Origin: Hydrolagus colliei
Lineage: Eukaryota
Length of the DNA stretch: 64,000 nt
Assembly: GCA_035084275.1 (NCBI GenBank)
Contig: CM068757.1
Coordinates: forward strand, 4,898,001-4,962,000
Reading direction: 5' to 3'
Shown: piece by piece, positions 1 to 13,345 of the stretch
How the letters are laid out: every line of letters starts with the position of its first letter
How positions within the stretch are numbered: position 1 is the first letter of the stretch
The notes under the pieces: model-generated
What the model was told of the DNA's origin: nothing
What the model saw: only the letters and a program-made list of their open reading frames with translations
Databases searched by the model: none
Position numbers and translations under genes: made by a program

Positions 1-2172
1 ATCCAATATCGTAACATCAATATGCTGAAATGGCATTCAGCACAAATAGCAGATATATTTTGACAAGAAAATCACTTTGAATGGCTTATTATCTTTATGA
101 AAGCTCCCCCGCACCCTGCAGCTATAACTAAATGTTTGTTGTTTTGTTGTAATGTATTAAACTTATATCTAGATAATTAGGACCGCTGTCTATTAAGCTG
201 TAAAGCTAGGCCGACCACAAGGCAATTGTGTTTAAACAAAGGATAACTTTAAATGCAAATGGGCAGAATCACTTCTTTACAAAATGCAGTGCTCGACGTA
301 GTTGTATACATGAGCTGATGGTCTATAAGCTGTGGTCCATGTCATGCTGATGATTGCCATTGGTGCATAAAGCAGCATTTGTTGTGACTACAGTATTCTG
401 ATCTGGTCAACGTGCATATTGTCTCAGCTCCAGTTCGAATCTGTAGATCATTTGGTTGAAGAAGTGAGAAAGAGCAGAGTTTGTTGGCTGTAAAATGAAA
501 TGGTAATTCATTGACATCTTGTGTGGGCATATTTCAGGTTGCTACCTTTCAGTATCATAGAAAACAATGGTATTTCTCAGAAAAAGTGATATAAAGACTC
601 ATTTAATATTGGAATCTAATCAAGTGGCAGATAAATATTGAGTAAAAACAGTTTATAAATCATTTCTCACAAACATTCTTATTGGTTACGTTTATCCTTA
701 TAGATCTATGCAATAAAATAATAATTGGAAGCCAAGAATTTTGCTTGTTATAGCAATGTGGATTATAGTGAATGATGCTTGAAATTACATTAAAATCAGC
801 CTTTAAGATGAGCAGCCTTAATACAGATATATTTGCTATTTACAGTTATTTGGTTGCGGTTTTGCCAACAACAATAACTTGATTTACTATTTTCTAGAAA
901 AGTTTATATGGATTACCAGTAGAGCTCTGATGTTTCCTCACTTACTGCAGACAGAAAGAGAAAAATTAACCTAAGAGATCAGAAAGGAATGAACTATGTC
1001 CACATTGGTGCACTAGCCGATAGAGTGAGATAGCAGTCTTTTGAGTATGTTGCAATCAATGGCAACTATTTGTAACTCACACACAAATTTCAGGCATAAA
1101 GTGTGAATGCCAGCTGGTATTGCCAACCTCAAAACAACAGGATCTCCAGACGTCCAACTATAACCTTCAACAGCAACGGTTACACTCTTGGCATATGGTT
1201 GGAATACAGCATTATGACATATTGCTCAAAAAAACTAGCAGACACACCAGTTAACTGGAGATGCTTCCTAATTATACTTGTAAAAGAAGCACCACCAATA
1301 TCCTACCAGATTTCACAAATCTCTACATTAGACTCAAAATCATATTGATGTGTATTCCATATACAGTATTCTGTTGAACTGCAGTACCGGGGGTGGGAAA
1401 TAAACAAACTGAAGCCTATCATTATTCATGGAACGCTGTTGATTTGCAATAAAGAGCTCACAGGGCAAATGTGAAGCATTGTTCAGAGGGGAGAGAGAGA
1501 GAGAAAAAAGACAACATAAAGCTCTGGAAACCACATTGAAAATGATTCAGTGGCTGATTGCACGGTTACATTATTGTTATCTTTGATGTAGCTCAAAATA
1601 ATTAACAGAACAAAGGTTGTGTGAAAGATGAAACTCTGCTTGAAAGAAAGGATTGCAAACCAGATGATAGTATTCTTTGATCAGTTTTAATACATACTTC
1701 ATCAATGCTCCAGCTGGTATTGAATGGAATATCATGCAGGCTTTGTATTTGTAGCTAAAGATGAACATCTCTGAAGACCGTCTTGTGAATACTGCCATGA
1801 ATATATTTAGTACTGTTTTATTTCCACATCATTGTTGTAACTACCCTGAGAGTGAGATGCGTTATGTTACTGGAAGACAATCAAAATAGAAGCAGATTAG
1901 CAACAGTGCAACCTGGGATCCCGTCCGAATTGAATACAAAAACACTTGCAACATTATCCAAAGACTTTCGCAAACTTACAAGGTGGCAATAACTCTTGCC
2001 TTACGTCAGTCAATGTTATGTGAGAGTAACCATTGGAAAAAGCTCAAAGTTGAAGCTGTGCCAGTCACGCATTTATTGAACAACATTCAATTAGTTTAGG
2101 AAGAGCCTGTGATTGGAAATGCGGCGAAGAGCTTTGTTCTCTTACTTATTTTGAGTAATAAAAAGTCAATGC

Positions 2173-2228
2173 AAAGTGCTTCACAGAATATACTGTCAAG
2201 TGAATTGACTGTATATTTGTGGGCGAAA
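2173..2228 (-). mobile_element. Internal fragment of the tRNA/Deu SINE
   Basis: aagtgcttcacagaatatactgtcaagtgaattgactgtatatttgtgggcgaaa matches the full-length copies (e.g. 12335-12390). Confidence 0.85.
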
Positions 2229-2229
2229 A

Positions 2230-2325
2230 TTAATCCCATTCCCCCGCACTGTCCCCATAACCCTGCGAATGTGTCCTCTCCAAATATCTATCTATTTCTC
2301 TCTTGAAAGTTGTTATCAAATCAAT
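2230..2325 (-). mobile_element. Diverged CR1 LINE fragment (end of ORF2)
   Basis: aatcccattcccccgcactgtccccataaccc...ttgaaagttgttatcaaatc aligns by eye with 15210-15300. Confidence 0.7.
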
Positions 2326-2934
2326 GGTATGATCGTTCTCCCTGCTGAGATCAGCTAACCATGTGTTGAAGGGATTTACAGCATGGCTTCAGCATGAACC
2401 ATGTATTCCTTTGTTGGGGAGAATTGGGTACTGATGCACTTCGGTCATCAACAGTTTTGTACTTCCACTTAACATCTTGACAGACAATTTACCAGCTGGA
2501 GATGACTTTTAACTTTCAAGTCAAAATATAAGATGTAACAAATTGTTTCAAGCAACGCACACAACTTTCTATCACTATCTAGTTCTAAAACTTGGTTATT
2601 AAACCAAAGTACAGTACTTTTACTCCTACATCACAAGTAGAATAAACATAAGATCAGCTGTGTGATTTCAGCAACAGTTTCTGTGTTCCACTTGCTTTAT
2701 TCTCATTAACTGCTGAACTGCATGAAAGCAATTACTTTGTTCAATTACTTAGTAATTACTAAGTAAATAACAAGAAATTATTTGTCACATTTTGGAACAA
2801 AATAAAAGGCAGAAAATTCAAGGCCACCATATAATCACAGAGTTTGGCTGGCAATAAAAAAAACACTTTAGGTAAAATGCTTATGGTTTACAATACAGTT
2901 TGGGAGTTTTCAAGAACTTGCTTAGAGTTATTGA

Positions 2935-3250
2935 TTCCCAGGTCTCTGTAGGAAATGATGACTGTGCACTTGGGAGTCCTTTCAGAAAGCAAACTGCAGC
3001 AGATGACAGAAAGGTATGTCATAACAGCCAGAAACTATGGACTCTCCATCACTCTCACCAAGATGGAAATAATGTTTCAGCCATCGCTTTCCAAGTCTTT
3101 TAAACAACCATCTATTTTCTTTCATGTTGAAACTTATGAAGCAATTCATATACCTTGTTGGCATGCTGTCCACTGATGGACTTATTGACCATAGATGTGA
3201 GTTGAATCCAAAGGCAAACTGAGCACTCTCACAATTCAAAGATTATCTGG
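2935..3250 (+). mobile_element. Decayed RTE-clade non-LTR retrotransposon, reverse transcriptase region (frameshifted)
   Basis: Across frames: NDDCALG / LSESKLQQMTERYVITARNYGLSITLTKMEIMFQPS / FIYLVGMLSTDGLID. This follows the RTE pattern ADDCAL..SE..LQ....FGL.I...KTEVM.QP...F.YLGS.LS.D..ID. Confidence 0.75.
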
Positions 3251-3547
3251 GTACAGAAAATGTGCAATATTGTAATCATCTCACCCTACTTTAACAATGA
3301 AACATGGACCTATTACTGATGTCACATTTATGAACTGGCACTTTCAACCCACGATGAACACGTTGTAGTACTAACACCCAAGCACTGAGGTATGCCTTCA
3401 CGCAAATCAAATCAGTGTTGAACAAACCCATAACTGAGTGTGCGGGAATTAATCCACCAAAGCTTGTCCTCTTTGGCAAGATGATGAACGGCAAAGGGAT
3501 TCCGGGAGGAGAGAAGAAATATTTACCATGCAGAACCTGCCCCATTT

Positions 3548-3611
3548 ACAACAACAACAACAATAACAACAAAATGACATTTGTAGAGTGCCTTTCACGT
3601 CGGGAGGACGT
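3548..3611 (-). mobile_element. L2 LINE extreme 3' end (hairpin plus (TTG)n tail)
   Basis: (caa)n-aaatgacatttgtagagtgcctttcacgtcgggaggacgt; same terminus as the longer L2 copies at 11341-11603 and 42169-42670. Confidence 0.85.
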
Positions 3612-4546
3612 TTACCATTGGAAGAACAGTCCAGTCAGAGCATTTGGCTACTACAAAATACGGAATGGTGGTAGTGGGTTTGAGTGCAATCAAGTTCTTT
3701 CCAAGTTAAGTTGACATTGCGCCCTTATGGATTTAATTTGGATAAAAACCTGCAGGAAAACCAGTTCTTGGATTCATGTCCCCTTCTGGAGACCGGTATT
3801 CACTTGCATTAGAGTCAAGAATTTAACCAAGAACATCCAATGTAAGGTGGAGTTGATGCAACTACTTTCTCCCTTGTCATTGTTCACTCAATATGCCACT
3901 GAGGCTTTCTAGTTTCAGGTCTGAATCAAGCTGCATTTGTGAGAATGAATGAATGACCTATTTTTCATAGGTAGGTGTTGGCATGGAAGCGACGCAAGCA
4001 ATGCAGGTGTTAGATAGTTCGAAAGTTTATACCTAGATGTGTAAGAACTTACCTTTTTAGGGAATAGGACAAACATAGTGCCGCAAAGCTTCTCTAAATT
4101 GCTTTTTAACATTCACAGTGTTGACCTTGACGTGCTCTATTTAAATTATATCTTGTTCAAAGTGCACCTAGAAATACATGAGACATCCTCCCTTGAGCCG
4201 AACATAATTGGTTTCAGTTGAAAGTACACAAGGGAGTCCATGTGACATTCTCCCTGGAAAGATAAACAGCCAAATTTCTAATTGTCCACTTAACTCATTC
4301 CTCGCTGTTGATTTCACAGCACTTCAAGCGCCTTTCTAAAATTCGAATAAACCAATAACAAAGTCCTACATTGATGCTTTCAAATGCTTCACACAGATTC
4401 CATTAAAGGAACCGACTAGGACTATTATATAAACATGACATTATCATTACTGAACATCAACATTTGCAGATTTTTCATTTGGAATCTGTTATATGTCCAT
4501 TTAAGTTCATAATGTTGCAACGTGTATTTGCAAAGAAACATCGCTG

Positions 4547-4610
4547 TTTCAGCGCCTTGGGATGTCCTCCTGACATGAAAGGCATTATACAAGTGTAATT
4601 TGTTGTTGTT
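4547..4610 (+). mobile_element. L2 LINE extreme 3' end
   Basis: cagcgccttgggatgtcctcctgacatgaaaggcattatacaagtgtaatttgttgttgtt. Confidence 0.85.
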
Positions 4611-4822
4611 TGAATTTGACCTTATGTATATTTGATTAGCCACCTTAGGAAATGTTTTCAAAGTTGAAATGCTAGCCGTATACTATCATGGAGGATTTTA
4701 CATTTAACAATTATTGATGTATAAGAATGATAAGTGGTTTACAAAAAGAGCAGTCATTTGTTTAATTACGTTCAAACTAGCAGTCTAAACCTTGATACTG
4801 TATAAGGTTTGATATCATATAT

Positions 4823-5135
4823 TATAATATAATAATCCTTGCATTTGATATAGTGCTTTACACATCTTATCAACGTCTTAAAACACTTCACAGAATATAC
4901 TGTAAAGTGAATTGACTGTATATTTGTGGGCGAAATGGGCAGCCAATTGCGCACAGCAGTGTCCCACAAACAGTCGTGGATTGAAATGACCAATTTTTTT
5001 TTTTTTTTAAGGATTATTATTAGACATGTGGAGCAAGGAAACTTGCCCAAGGTTTCACCCTGACCCGCCTGGATTCGAATACAAGTCTCACTCTTGTAAG
5101 GCAAGTGCTCTAACTACTGAGCTACAGGAGCTCCA
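4823..5135 (-). mobile_element. Full-length tRNA-derived SINE (Deu-like core, L2-type tail), subfamily A
   Basis: Minus strand starts TGGAGCTCCTGTAGCTCAGTAGTTAGAGC (A box) then TTCGAATCC (B box), core GGGACACTGCTGTGCGCAATTGGCTGCC, tail TATATCAAATGCAAGG(ATT)n. Seven other copies in the window. Confidence 0.93.
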
Positions 5136-5689
5136 TAATATCAGACTCCCAGCAGGACACAAGCACAGGAGAACAAATAGGCAATAACAGTCAAGAAGGT
5201 TGAAGGTTATGTGTGGATCCAGAGATAATGGATTTAATTTAATGGGCTGCTTTTCTTAACAAATGAACTGGTAAACTGATATTCAACTCAGGGATTCCTG
5301 TACACTGGAGCACATGATAAACCACAGAACAGTATTAGCAAATACTGCCATGCGCAATCATTAAACCATTAAACCAAGGTCAAGACTTCCTGCTCAGGTA
5401 GATGTAAAGATTTCTTCACATTATTTGAAAGCGAACAGGAATTTCTCCGTATGTCTTGGCATTTGAACAAATAACAGACAGCGTAAGGAATGCAAGGGGT
5501 CATCTGATCAATGGGCGCAAGAGAAAGGTGGCTTTAGCAGAGGGAAATTTGCAGTGAGAAAATCGTGGAGGATTATGTGCTGGAGAACAGTATTGGAGGA
5601 TGTACAGACTTATTCCAAGGCTCACCATGACAGCTGGACAAATTGGGGACAGAATAGAAAAACTGATATATTTTCATCAGCCCAACAAC

Positions 5690-5888
5690 GATTTTTCCTC
5701 ATGTCCTGGCCAACAATCCCCCAAGTAAATTTTTAAAAGCTGGTCACTCACTCCTTGGCTGTTTGTAGGACGTTACCATGTGCAAACTGGCTGCCGCAAA
5801 ATACACAGTCACTGCAGTCTCAACGTCTCGACAAGGTGATAAGCCGCTATATCAAATGCAAGGATGATTATTATTATTGTTATTGTTA
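5690..5888 (+). mobile_element. Older Deu-domain SINE remnant (3' half; another piece at ~5385-5462)
   Basis: tgtcctggccaacaatcccc...ggctgtttgtaggacg...tgtgcaaactggctgcc...gctatatcaaatgcaagg(att)n. Confidence 0.7.
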
Positions 5889-7589
5889 TCTTGCCTGTGC
5901 TGTGATTAGCTTTAAGCCACACATCCACTCATTCAAACAAGGAGCAGAAGCTAATGTACCATTCTATTAAATTACAGAATGGATTAATATCCCAGGAGCT
6001 GTGATCTTAAGTAGTAACATTGTAGCATCCACATCTACAGTGATCACATCTCCCACTGAGAGGTTGGATCCATCTGATACGTCCCCTAATTGTACCACCG
6101 CAAACTCAGCTGAGGGCATCTGCTGCATAAGTAGGCAATTGAAGATCTGTCTCCTTCATAGTCAGAGCATGCACTTATTCTTTAAGTATCCAAACTGTTG
6201 GCATACAGAGCGGTCAAATTCTCCAAGAGACACTGCACATTGAACATCATCCATGCATTTTAATGGGCACACTGAAGGGTTACATACAGCCTAATCCACC
6301 CTTATCCTAGATGAACATTTTCCCACTTGTGTGTAGTCAAATACAGTTAGTTCCCAAGGTAACCATGCCATTTTATACATTTGCTGAGCGACTACCCTGG
6401 TTGCACTTCAGCTGAATCTGAACCTTTTCATTGAAAAGAATACTTTCCCAGCCTCCAGCGTTTCTTTTCTGTTCTCTCAACCGTTGCAAAAACAAACATT
6501 TCATTCACAAGGGACTGCGTTACTCAACACTGGATGTTTAAAGGAGCCAGTGTTCACCCAGGGCATGAAGGTTCAGTGGTTGCAGAAGTTACTTATGCCA
6601 TACGTGGATATGATCCCCAAGGAAATCACGAGGCTTATTGGTTCGGTTTATATTTAGCCAGCAGTGTCTGATCAATCCATGCAATTTCCATTTCAGCTTT
6701 TCTGCAGTAGTGTTAATAATAATAATAATCCTTGCATAAACTTATCGAATTGTTAGGCAACTCAGAATTTTGATTGTTCTAGAATCCGTGTCCACCAGCA
6801 AAGCACTTTCAGCCTGTGCTGAAAAGAACACTGCAAATGTCAATTCAATTTAGGTTCTGGTTACCCTTCATTGCAGCTTTCGTCCAACTTATATCCAGGA
6901 CGACTAGTTTTGCAGAGCCGAATTCCTAAACTGCAGTTTTATTTCTATTGATTTTTATTGGTTTTGTTTTCCAAGTACTTATTCATTTACATTGCAAAGA
7001 CTGTTCCCTTTTAAAGGATCCAGCCTTTTCATTGATTTTCATTAAAACTCTCCTGCAGTTATTTCGCGATCTTGCCAATGCGGATCTCCTACAATTTAGC
7101 TTTTGTTTCTTCTCTACTCAAGTTAACAAATCAATACATTTTTAAAAGATAGTTCAGAGAAATGATCATTTGCTGCTGAGTGTATTTTACATATGTATAT
7201 AGTGCCCAATATAATACATTATGTGTATAATATTGGCTCACCTAGTTCTCCCTTAATAACAGTTATTCTGTTCTTTTCAGAACTTATGTAATGAGGTGTC
7301 AGTGCATTTTTTTTTACTGCTTCAGTGAGAATCCTTTAATGATATACATAAGAAATTAACACTTAAATGGGTAATTTTATTCATTAATGCTGGTGCATTT
7401 TTCCATTTAGTAACTTACCTTCTTTATAGAGTCAGCCGAGATTTAAGATGCTGTTATAGAAATCTCTTCCATGTATAGAAATGGACACCTTTATTGTCAT
7501 TATGCGATCACACCCTGTAACTTTTGGATAACTTTTTGATAACTTTAATAATAATCATTACAGTATTGAGATGTTTCTTAACTGGCTCC

Positions 7590-7790
7590 AGTATACTGCT
7601 CTTGGCTCCAGTCACCCTTCCTGGGACCCGTCCCAGTCATTAATTAGCCTCTGTGTCAAGAAATAGTTCTTTTTGTCTAGCCCTGAAATTGCTCTCCACA
7701 AACCTCAACCTGTGGTGCCATACTTTGCTGTCTTGGTTTATCTAAGAGTTTTGTTCTGGTTTCACTTTCTCAATTCCATTTACAACTACA
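7590..7790 (-). mobile_element. Old CR1-like LINE fragment
   Basis: cctctgtgtcaagaaatagttc...ctagccctgaaattg...cctcaacctgtgg resembles the reverse complement of the CR1 TRGH..KL...FFTQRV region. Confidence 0.5.
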
Positions 7791-7794
7791 ACAC

Positions 7795-7844
7795 TTTGCA
7801 CTGATACAACGCCCTCTATGCAGGGTAGCGTCTCAGAGCGCTTC
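7795..7844 (-). mobile_element. 3' tail of a third L2-type family
   Basis: Minus strand AAGCGCTCTGAGACGCTACCCTGCATAGAGGGCGTTGTATCAGTGCAAAG; related to 19575-19630. Confidence 0.6.
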
Positions 7845-10304
7845 ATTTTTTTTTAGCATTTGCCACATTTTCACAATATTTCATGCATGTCATGAATTCA
7901 AAGGTAACGAGGAAGAGAAAAATGAATAAGTTTGCATAAATTAGTGTCCATTTAGTTATTTTAATGCTAATGTTACTTTTGACAATCTTTGGCTCATAGT
8001 CCACATTTGGCCTATTTGCCGAATTCTTCAATACAGCTGAATTGCATTACTATTCCAGAGTCAATTCATTTCACAGTATATTCTGTGAAGCATTTGTGAC
8101 ATCTCTATCAAAGTTGAAAAGCCCTATTTTATCTAATTGTTACTCATAGTTGACGCCTCTTAACCCTTGGAGATCGAAGATAAGTGTTTGTTCAGATTAT
8201 TTATAATATTCCCTTGGATGCATTCTCTGCTTATGGAGAATCTATCAACAAGTAGTGATAAATTATGGCCACAATATTTTTTAAAATAATTCAGAGGTAC
8301 TATAAGACCAACAAGTAGTTCATTCCACGTATCTGATGCACATCAACAGTGACAGTGGACAAAGAATACATGTCATTTCCATATATTTCTGTGTTGACAT
8401 ACAAATTATCATTGGGTTATGAAACAAAACCCTGTCTTAAAAATCCTGAGGAAATAATTGAGATACTCTGCTTTTCGGTGATATGCGATGGAAATTATAA
8501 TGATTTATTCTGGATTCATTATGGCAATATCATAGACATACCATAAAATAAAAATGTCAACAGGTTTTGGTATAATACAGTTTGCAGGAGTTGCAGCTTT
8601 TAGCACTTTACTGGTTGTCATAACAATTGCAGCTATTATCATAGCTATCACTCTTCTAAGAAAGTCTTTGTTTAATGTACAATGCCACACTGTCCATAAA
8701 ACACCAGCTTTGGACCCACAGGGACTCTCGGTTTTCAACTGATTACAAAAAATGATATACAGATAGTGTTGACTGCAATTGTATTTTGTATATTGCCCCA
8801 AGGGTCACTCCAGAGAGAGATATAACATGTTGCTGTGCTACATAGGGGAAATGTCTCTTGTCGGCCAAGGACATATTTTATTTATACAGGGGAAAATGAT
8901 GCAGTCACTGTTAGTTTTTTTATTGGCCCCTTGGGCTACATTGACCTTACAAACAAGAAGGGAATGAAAAGAGAGTATAATCAGTTAAAGAGACAGTGTT
9001 GAGTTCAAGGATGCCACTGTATTCTTGCATCACTGTACGTAATATCATTACTTATTTTAACAATAATGTTTGATATAAAATGTACTTTATTGCTGAAAGC
9101 AAAAAGCAGCTCTATGAAAAATGAAATGCATCCCTGCTGCAATTCCAAATGTGTTTCAGTTCTCTAAACGTGTGTAAAAATCGTAGTTTAACGGGTGCGA
9201 AAAGATTTGCAGTGCATTAAAACAACGGGGAATGACTGGTTGAAAGAACAAACATATTACTTCTCTTGGTTTTGCAGACCTTATTTCACACATCCAAGGG
9301 ATTATTTATACAACATTATTACCTGTGTGCCTTACTCACTGCACTTTGCCTGCTCTTTGCTTTCCTCCCTACCTGTCCTGATCCTAACATTATACATGAA
9401 TCATCAATGCCATATTTAATCCTTTTTTAAACTTTAATTTGTGTATGTTATCTATTGTAAAGGTCACCCCCTGACAATGATATAGAGCATGTTGCTTCAA
9501 CTGGCATTACAGTCACCAAACATAGATTCTTAGATTATTTTTTCAAACAAAGCTTCAATTATTAAAGTTTAGAAACATAAAACTTTCATTTGATATATGG
9601 GCTGATTCCAGGTTATTTAATGAAACTTGTTTGCTGGTAACAATAATATTCAGAACTAATCATTTGTTCAGTCTTGAACATAGCTGTTTTTTTCTCTAAA
9701 TAAAGGAAAATTAAAAGTAAACGTATTGTCAATCATTTTAATTTGAGGTGCAATGGATTATCTCAGGGTAACAGCACATTGACAATGAAACACATCAAAC
9801 TAATGTCTCATGCAGGCTTCAGCTATTCAGTAGCTTCAACATCAGCAATATTCTATTCAGATAGAATTGTAATGTTGATGTTAAAAAGCTACCAGAGCTG
9901 ATGATTTGTGGGTTGGCATGATTTTTGGACAAGGACAGAATAAACAAGACCAAAATAATCCACCAGACAGAACAAATACAACAAATATATCTATAATCAT
10001 CTCTTCTTCTTTATTTACGTATAAACATCCTTTGCATCTAGTTTTCTCCTTGGTGGATAAGTTAATGGTGCAAAGAGTTCTATTTTGAAACAAGCCGGCA
10101 AAGCAATTTCATATTCATAAAAGAAGCCCCAAGTTTTCACAACTTATTTTCTTGAGACAGAACCTGACATTACAGAATGGTATAATCGCAAATACTTTAT
10201 TAGCTATTACATGCAGGTATAATTATATATTACATAGTACTGTTTCTCTATTTATGTAGCAGTAAATAGGAATCCGGTTGTTAGTCAATTGATGGATCGC
10301 TTTT

Positions 10305-10481
10305 CTGGGGATAATAATTGTTAAAAAAAAATTGAGCATGGTCACTGAATCCATGACTGTTTGTGGAACACTGCCATTTTGCCCATAAAAATAAACTGAA
10401 TTCACTTTACAGTATATTCTATGAAGTGCCTTGAGATGTATAGAAGTGCGAAAAGCTCTACATCAATCGCAGGATTATTAT
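10305..10481 (+). mobile_element. SINE 3' part, diverged
   Basis: aatccatgactgtttgtggaacactg...aattcactttacagtatattctatgaagtgc...caggattatta. Confidence 0.8.
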
Positions 10482-11340
10482 TTTCTAAAGAAATGTACAT
10501 TCTTTGTCTTTAGCTACAGTTAGAAACTGGACTGTTTCTGAAATGTAATATTGAACAGTCAAACTGCCAGATCATTCCCCAGAGATTTGTGACTTTATTC
10601 AAATGAACACATTCGACTTGGCCGTAGAAAGTAAAGATCATTGTCAAATTATTGCAATGAGTGGTAATACTGCTTATTCTGGTTTCTGCAGCACTCATGG
10701 GCTACATGTTAAAACCATTGCCAGAGGGTGGAGCTAAAGTTCCATTGGCAAATAAGACAATTTACTGACCTGATTGAGGCAATACAATAAATGGCAGAAT
10801 CTGTTTCCTCACATTTGCAGCATTGTTTGTGATTTGACTCAGAGATAACTTCATTCATATTTGCTTTGTTAATAATGAATAATAATGGCGGTGATAATAA
10901 TTGATGCATTTGGTACAGCTCCGTTCAAGTCATCATGAAAGTGATTGTCGGACACTGTCCCATTCATTTTATAATTCGAAGCCTCACAAGTTAATATTTT
11001 AATACTGTAAGTCCCACAGAAAGAAACATATTTGTTTCTTCTTTAACTTCCTACCTTTACAGTTGGTTATTGTAGAACCTCAACGACAAATTAAATAATA
11101 TATTCGTACAATACAGTGTATAACAATTATTTATTTATATCTTTGATTTTTATTAGGCGTTTCTGCAAAACTGACATCTGCATCAAACATGTGCCTTTTG
11201 GGTAATATGATTACCTAATCTATAAAACAGCAATAGCATGATAGATGATCTATGCAACAGATGTTATTGTATTTGAAGGAGGAAGTCTCATAATAACAAT
11301 TAGTTTCAATAAATTCTATCTCATCCGCATTGTTTTTATT

Positions 11341-11603
11341 GATGTCCCCCTACCCACCCGCCCAGCCATTGGTGGGCGAGCCTGCAGTCATTCTGCCTCC
11401 AACCTCTGGAACTCCATCCCGAAGTCCCTCCGCCTTGCTCCCTCCCTGGCCTCCTTCAAGTCTGGCCTCAATACTCTCCTCTTCGATGGACCCATTGGCA
11501 ACTCCTCCCCTGTCCTCAGCCCGGGTCTGAAGCAGCATCTGTCCAGCACCTTGGGACGTCCTCCTGACATGAAACGCACGATACAAATGCAATTTTGTTG
11601 TTG
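11341..11603 (+). mobile_element. L2 LINE 3' end (ORF2 C-terminus and 3' UTR)
   Basis: Translates IGGRACSHSASNLWNSIPKSLRLAPSLASFKSGLNTLLF (L2 motif GGRAFS..AP.LWNSLP..LR...SL..FKS.LKT.LF), then hairpin and ttgttg tail. Confidence 0.92.
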
Positions 11604-12275
11604 CCCTGTGTGCTTGACTCTTACCAAGGTTTAAATAATATAGGAGAAGAGAGACGTATGAGAGGAGTGCGTAAAATAATACATTTGAAGGTGAGGAAAA
11701 AGATACAGAAGAGTGATAATCAACAATAGAGAAACAAAAGAAAATAAATAGACGTACGTGTGTGAGAGAGAAAAAAAGAGAGTGTATTTCAAAGTTATAA
11801 GTGAGAAAAGGTCACGTCTTTTTATGTAATCTCCCCAGTATTGAAGTCTTGGATAGACTTGACTATATAGAGAGGGAACATTTGCTGAGGGGAAAATAAG
11901 TAATTTGCATAAATTAGAACATAGCTTCTTGGGGGCATCTTTAGCAATGGAAGATAAGTTAGAGTTTCATTTAAGATCATAGGAGATAGTGAGGCTAAGA
12001 ATGCCAATAGATGAAAGACTGGGAATGCAATCTGAACGATAAGAGACAGTAGCCATAGGTTAGATGAGAAACATGAAGAACTAAGAACTTTGAGTTGAAA
12101 GAAAAACATTTTTACTGCCCAGTTAAGGACATTGAGAAGATCACAGTTTTAAGTTATTGTATGTCATTGCTTTTCTCCTCCTTAACATAATAAACATTCC
12201 CCAAGGTTCTGAAAAATAAGACTAGTTTGGGAAATATTGAGAAATTGAGAAAAAAACTACAGAAAGTGCCCAAAC

Positions 12276-12592
12276 ATAATAAAAATAATCCTTGCAATTT
12301 GATATAGCGCTTTTCACGTCTTCTAGACATCTCCAAGTGCTTCACAGAATATGCTGTCAAGTGAATTGTCTGTATATTTGTGGGCGAAAATTGTGGCAAT
12401 TGTGCACAGCAGTGTCCCACAAACAGTCGTGGATTGAAATTACCAATTTTATTATTTTTTGGGGGGAAGGATTATTATTAGGAGTGTGTAGCAAGGGAAT
12501 TTGCCCAAGGTTTCGCTCTGACATGCCTGGATTCGAACACAGGTTCCATGTTTGTAAGACGAGTGCTCTACCCATTGAGCTACAGGACTCCA
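12276..12592 (-). mobile_element. Full-length tRNA-derived SINE, subfamily B
   Basis: Minus strand TGGAGTCCTGTAGCTCAATGGGTAGAGC...GTTCGAATCC; core and tail as in the other copies. Confidence 0.93.
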
Positions 12593-13287
12593 TATTGTTG
12601 GTATGAAGCGAATTAATCTGCCTCATCAATAAGCTTCTGCAGTTACCTAACCTGTCATGTTTCATAGCGATAAGATTTTAAGGTTTAAGTTACGGATGAA
12701 ATTCTATTTGAAATTGAGCTAATGAGCACATAATGATACAAGGTCCCCTTTAACAATTAATATATCCTACAAAATTGATAATAGGAACCTTGTTTGAGCC
12801 ACAGGAGACTTTTGTGTGGGCAATGCATTTCGTGTGTACAAATCAGTAAACATTATATAGTTAGCATATCATTAAAAAAATTACAACAGCAACTTCTGTT
12901 TATATATTCTTCTTCCCACAGGCTAATGTCTTGGAGTGTGTCCAGAACCAGATAATAAGCAGAGGAGAAAGCGAGGTGGGGGGATGGAAGGTGGCCATTC
13001 AACGGATGTTATTTTGCAGTGTTAATGTCACAAAATCCATAATAAAATAATGAATTCCTTAATATATTTTCGACAGCACTGGCTATCCACAAAATTTGAA
13101 TACCATCAATCAGAATATTTTCTCCTAATTGCTCATTAATCCCTGCAATATTTTATAATCCCTAACATAACAAATATGCCCTCCATTTTATTAAACAAGT
13201 GGAAGTCAATGATCATACCAATTAGGTTTAAACCTGTCCAAGTGTCCATCTAAGCAAAGGTCCTATTCTTCCTTGGAGAAAAATCCT

Positions 13288-13345
13288 ACAAAGTGCTTTG
13301 GGACATCCTCCTGATGTGAAAAGTACTGTACCAAATGCAAGGATG
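13288..13345 (+). mobile_element. L2/SINE-type 3' tail remnant
   Basis: aaagtgctttgggacatcctcctgatgtgaaaagtactgtaccaaatgcaag; a similar piece at 13735-13790. Confidence 0.65.

Noticed and set aside
938-968. Recursive splice site on the minus strand
   Set aside because: Strong polypyrimidine tract, but the junction is CAG-TAAGT, not AG|GT.
5060-5135. tRNA genes at the SINE heads
   Set aside because: A and B boxes are present but there is no acceptor stem, the anticodon varies between copies, and each runs into the SINE body.
12921-12975. 54 nt in-frame plus-strand exon
   Set aside because: The surroundings look like a decayed minus-strand L2 tail and the donor is weak.
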